This document shows, piece by piece, positions 58,886 through 64,000 of a stretch of DNA of 64,000 nucleotides. The position numbers and the translations under genes were made by a program. The DNA is from Auanema rhodensis (lineage: Eukaryota > Animalia > Nematoda), in NCBI GenBank assembly GCA_964057225.1, contig OZ059899.1, positions 13,206,001 through 13,270,000 of the forward strand, in the 5' to 3' direction. The notes under the pieces are model-generated. The model ran no database searches. It was not told the DNA's origin and was given only the letters and a program-made list of their open reading frames with translations. Numbering within the stretch: position 1 is the stretch's first letter; every line of letters begins with the position of its first letter.

Positions 58886-61800
58886 TTATTTTTTAACCAT
58901 TCTTCTTCTAGCTGTGGCCAGTTTTCGTGTTTGTCCGCCTGCTCCACCTCTGGAAAAATTAAGGTTTATTACTCATTTAATTAAAGAAAACTGACTGGAA
59001 AGCAAAGGATCCTCCTGGTGCTTCCGCACTATTACCACCAAACATAACTGGGGCAGCTGGTTGGGATTGGAACGCTAAAGCTGGAGCTGGAGCTGGAGCT
59101 GGGGCACCTCCACTAAAGTTGAAGGTAGAGCTTCCTAGTGATGTTTGTCCAAATTGGAAAGGTTGAGCACCTGTAGGAGCTGCTGGGACACCGAATTGGA
59201 AAGGCCTGAAGGAATATTTGATTATGCGCACTTGTACATGAGCTTACTTGGACATATCTGTATTCCCTGCGAAAAGTGAATTAGTTGAAGAGCTAGCAGA
59301 CAATGATGGAACAGAAGGAGCTTCGTTTCCGAAGACTGAGGCTCCAAAGGAAGGTGTGCTGCTACTCATTCCGAATCCTTGTGACCTAAAATACATGTAC
59401 GATACAATCACAATAAAATTGAACTCTTACGAATTATTAGATGAAAACAAATTTGTAGCGGCAGGAGCAGCTGGGGCTGGAGTTGCAGTAGGAGCAGTAG
59501 AGGAAGTTGAGCCAAAAGCGAAAGGTAATGCAGAAGCAGTGGTGTTAGAGCCTGAACCCAAAAATGAGCGCTTAGCAGGTAAATCATCTTTGGAAGAGCT
59601 GGCTGCAGAGAACAAATCTAAAGCAAATCCAAGGTTATGTATTCATCCCAGAAAATTAACTCACTTGTTTTATCCGAGGAACCACCAAATAATGGTTTCT
59701 TTTCCTCTGAAGTCGATGGCTTAAAGGCGAAGCTACTATCGGTTGAAGCTGATGCTCCAAACAGGCTTCCTGAACCTCCAAAAAGATTAGATGTTCCTGA
59801 AGATGGAGCAGCCCCAAAAGAGGGAACTGCTGTGGAAGTTGGGGCAATAGCAGCCACAGATGCAACTGGGGCAGTTGAAGTAGCCGCCTGTCCGAAGAGT
59901 CCTAGCTTTGGAGGCTCAGTACCACTTGTTCCAAAAGCATTTGACAAGCTAGAGGAATTTCCAAAAAGTGGTTTAGATGTATCACTGCTTCCAAAAAGTT
60001 TTGGAGCTTCGGTAGATTTCGGTACTTCAGGAGCAGAACCAAAACTTATCTTAGGTTTTTCCGCAGAAGTTGTTGCAGCGCTGTTGCCAAATAAAGGCTT
60101 TGAAGCAGCCAGCGAACCTGAACCTAACAAGGGATTTGTTGGAATCGCAGGAGCTACTGTGGTAGCAGCAGAAACAGGAGCGCCAAACAAAAGCTTACTA
60201 GTATCACTTGGAGCTCCGAAGAGTGGCTTCACAGTTTCAACGGGTTTAGCAGTTGTTTCGACTTTAGATGAATCTGCTGATCCACCAAATGCAAACACTG
60301 ATTTACTCGTTTCAGGTGCTTTGGTTGGCTCGATAGTGGCCGGTGTTGGTTGAACTGTAGCAGTTGAAGATCCAAAGAGAGGCTTGTTTGAGGAAAAACC
60401 TCCAAATGCAGGCTTTGATGTTTCTGTGGAACTTGGTGCAGTCTTGGAAGCAGCTACACCAAATGCTGGGGCAACCGCCGTTGAGGCAGTAGCTTTTTCA
60501 CCTGTGCCGAAAGATGGAGTAGATGTCGTTTCGGATTTTTGAACGCTCAGGCCAAAGGAAGGAGCAGAGCTAAAATTACAATTATAAAAATAGAATTAAA
60601 TTCAATCACGAATACCTGGTAGTAACTGAAGTATTAGATGTAGATGTACTGGGTGTAGAAGAAGGTCCAGAACCAAAACCGAAAGCTGGTTTGGCAGAAC
60701 TTGAAGAGGATCCACCAACGCCAAAGGAAAATCCAGTGCTACCAGTTGAGGTACCAAAACTTTGAGGTTTGAAAGCCTTGTCACCGAAAACGTTCGAGCT
60801 ACTAGATGTACTAGCAGCACTTTTGTATTTAACATAACCACAGCATTGGCATTTGTCAAGTTTGGCCTGAAATATAACGATAAAACTATATAAACATTTA
60901 GTAACATACTGTATTCTTGACAAAGCAATCAGGGCAATCCCAATCAACCCGCTTCTCCTCCTCCTTTTTCTGCTGGTGTCCGCAACAAACACACTTGTCA
61001 TCAGAAGACTTAACATCAATGTTACACAGTAAAAATGACTATAAGATCGTACCTTGTTAGAAACAAAGCAATCCGGACAGTTCCAGGAAGTACTGGCAGC
61101 CTTAGGAGCTGAGGGAGCCTTAACATCCTCTACTGGCTTGGTTACGATAGGATTTGACTCCACAGTAGCACTTGGTTTAGCAGAAGAGTCATCAGCTTTT
61201 TTCTCCATATCCCTATTTTGAGGCGAAATGCTCTTGGATGAGAAAGGAGTTGCACTACTCTCACTATCAGTAGAAGTGGGAGGGCGTGATTCCTTCTAAA
61301 AAAAAAAAAATTTTTTTTTTTAATATATAATTTCAACAATTTACCTTGTCAGATTGCTCAGATTGTACACCGGTACTACTGTCAGATCCAGAGCTGGAGC
61401 CTTCAGAATCAGGCACACTGCTCGATTCCGAGTCGGAAGTTTCATCTTCGTTATCATCGCTTGGAGTTAAAACACCGTTCTCAAACCGGTTTTCTTTAGG
61501 TGGAGCAAAAGAGAAAACAATGTCATCGAGAAATCCTTTTGCAGGAGCAGCAAAGGCAGGAAGTGAGACAGACTAGAAAAATATATATTTAAGAATTATT
61601 TATTAAAAAATTACCGGCACTGAAGGCAATGGAGTCAAGTTATCATCTTCCAAATCCTTAGCACTGAAAACATTTCTACCCTTACCATCGCTTCCTAAAT
61701 GTTCTTAGTTTTTTAATGTAAATTTGTATATATATAAACCTTTCAATACTGGTTGAGGCTTCCGTGTTTCAGTGAGATCTTTCTTTTTTTCCTTTACGGG

Positions 61801-63052
61801 AGAGTGGTCATCAATATCAAACAAGGGATGAACCTGAATTCAATGTTGTTTACGCAATAAAATTGTTATAATCTTACTTTTGTTCCACCGTTGATCACAT
61901 TAAGTTCAGGAATAATTTTACTCATAGAATCATCTGTATGAATCTTTGGGGCGCGAACAATGTCTCTCCTGGAAATATAACCTTCATAAAATTCCAAAAT
62001 GCTTAACATACCAGTAAGGCTTTCTTTGCACGCTTCCTAGGCGTGATGAGAGCAGTTGGATTCGGGAAGGTACACTGCCCATTGTCTTCTTTAGTGGTGG
62101 TGGAGTACCCGTAACAGAAGAAAGAGTTGTGGACTGGATGGAAGCCCATTTCTCTGAGGTAGTTCCGAGAGTTCTCATGGTGGGAAGTTTTCTTGATTCC
62201 TAAAGTAAAAAACCTATTAAACATTTAATATCATCAAAGCTCACTTTCGCAGGAGTATGAACTCTTTCTAATTGTTGAAGAATTGCCCTGGTTTTCGAGC
62301 TCAACCCGGAGGATGTTGTACTCGGAACTTCGCTCATTCTACTGTAAAAACATCGATATACTTGAAAAATAGCTTGAAACATTACCTTTTTAATGAACGC
62401 ATTGATGATGGAGATGAATCGAATGCACCGATTCCATTCCAAGTCGCGTCCAATCTCTCCGAAATATTCACCCGTATCTTAAACAATAGCTTGAATTATA
62501 AATGATATATAAAGGAAACTCACTGGTTCTTCCAATAAACTATGATTTGCTAAACCTCTAAAACGTTTGGCGCCAAGTGCAGATATGTCTTGTTCAGCTG
62601 GAGCACGAAACTCGTCATTTTGTCTTTTTCTCTGAAAAAAATAATGAAAATATTAAAATATTTTAAAAACGTACAGGCTGAGAAATGATATCAGCTAAAG
62701 GAGCCGGTCGTGAAGTATCTAGAGGTGTTCTATTGTCAGCATTTGTAGCATTTAAATATCTTAATCCTTTCCCTGACGAGGGATTGGATTTTAAAGAAGG
62801 CGACCCGTCTGAAAAAAAAAACTTTAATAACGAGTTTTTTGAAAATTGCGTACTAAGAAAAGATGAATTATTTCTAGTATTGTTATCCGAAGTACGATTT
62901 GATTCTACTTTTTCATTTGAGCTTTGGGATGAACCTAAATAATTTTATTATTAAAACTTTTTTTTTAAAAATATTAAAATACCTGAACCGCTAAAAATCC
63001 TACCCAACGCACCCAACCAACTAGAAGAACTAGATGACTGATGTTCGGTCAT
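58886..63052 (-). CDS. npp-7: Nuclear pore basket nucleoporin, Nup153-like; multi-exon
   Basis: SSKTRAILQQLERVHTP motif; two RanBP2-type zinc fingers (WNCPDCFVSN...KCVCCG and WDCPDCFVKN...KCQCCG); long LFG/FG repeat region; basic C-terminus RKLATARRRMVKK*. Confidence 0.88.
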
Positions 63053-63213
63053 TTCAAAAATATTAGACAATATATAATCTTTATATAGCTAAAATATATA
63101 TATTAATTTTCGTCCAATTTTTCCTCAGTTTAAAGAATAAAATTAGAATAAAATATAATATAAATAAATAAGATATAATATAATTTTGCAAATTCGAAGC
63201 AGAGAAGTATAGC

Positions 63214-63310
63214 TTCGCGCCTAGTAACCGCAACGCGACCGCGACGCATTGTACCCATTCTAGTCCAAAGTGGCACATTGCCAAAATGCGAATCTTACTG
63301 GATCCGCCCC
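63214..63310. promoter_or_regulatory. npp-7 promoter region: TTCGCGCC, CCGCAACGCG, GCGACGCA and a GC box
   Basis: CpG-rich words 160-260 nt upstream of the npp-7 ATG in otherwise very AT-rich DNA. Confidence 0.5.
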
Positions 63311-64000
63311 CTTTCTCAGATTTCGGAACACCACGATTCTGCTTAGCGTTCAAGCTTCATAATTATGCAGACTATATGAAATCGGAAAATTTCGATTTTT
63401 AGCTTGTCTTTCTGTTTATTTATTAGTTTATTTTTGTATAAATACGAAAACAGAATTCTTAATTCTTATTTTATTTTTATTCAAGAGTGGTGCGCTCATA
63501 TTTCTAGTTTGTGCTTCTACCTTCTCAATCATATGGCATATTTGTTGACCGCTGATAGATAACATTATATTTTATTACATTTTCTACAATCTTAATGTCC
63601 TTATCTATTTATTATTGTATTATTGCTCATCTATCGATATACATATTTTTTATGCAGATCGGTGCTGTGCTGTGCTGTTAGCAATGAGGTAAAAGTAGTT
63701 AGGAAGTAATGAATATGTTTTCGCGGATAGCTATATCAATAGGTTGATTTATCCTTTTTGTTTTTTTTTCTTAATTTTTATATTTAGATATACTCTTCAT
63801 TTTATTTTTCATATCGCATGCTTCATGTTTTCGAAGACATCATAATAAACGATCTGTAGCAAACGGTACGTAGTATTTTTGGTTTTGTAATCAATATTGT
63901 TTGGGTCATTGTGATTTTGAGTGTATCCTTGGGATGGACAGCCGACCATCTGTTCAATGCGCAAACCCATTTCACATTTATAAGCCCTTGATGTAGAATC

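Noticed and set aside
59248-60353. Long plus-strand ORFs (158 aa and 238 aa)
   Set aside because: Antisense shadows of the low-complexity FG-repeat exons of npp-7, with no independent domain
63360-64000. Possible start of another gene at the window edge
   Set aside because: No convincing exon chain or protein motif within the window

Overview
AT-rich, gene-dense eukaryotic DNA from a nematode, probably a clade V rhabditid (inferred from tiny ~40-55 nt GT-AG introns, TTTCAG/TTTAG acceptors next to start codons, and gene content). Twelve spliced protein-coding genes were reconstructed by hand: a nicotinic acetylcholine receptor alpha subunit (-, ACR-26-like), USE1 SNARE (-), proteasome alpha-3 pas-3 (-), a small secreted single-CUB protein (+), the POU-III homeobox gene ceh-6 (+), cdc-5L (-), axin pry-1 (+), a full-length ATM kinase (-), the SUEL-lectin receptor eva-1 (+), an AEX-5-like proprotein convertase (-), a colmedin (collagen plus olfactomedin, COF-2-like; -) and Nup153/npp-7 (-). 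No tRNA, rRNA, transposon or CRISPR feature could be supported. The best leads are architectural. (1) A tightly spaced, co-directional npp-7 / colmedin / convertase run in which the colmedin carries an RVKR convertase site. (2) A candidate ceh-6 regulatory block reaching into two oversized cdc-5L introns. (3) A pas-3/use-1 operon candidate. (4) Recurrent GC-box and CCGCAACGCG promoter words. (5) Frequent AAG splice acceptors. (6) A few GC-rich hairpins. All ortholog and synteny statements are from memory, not from a search, and none of these leads is demonstrated to be a new system.
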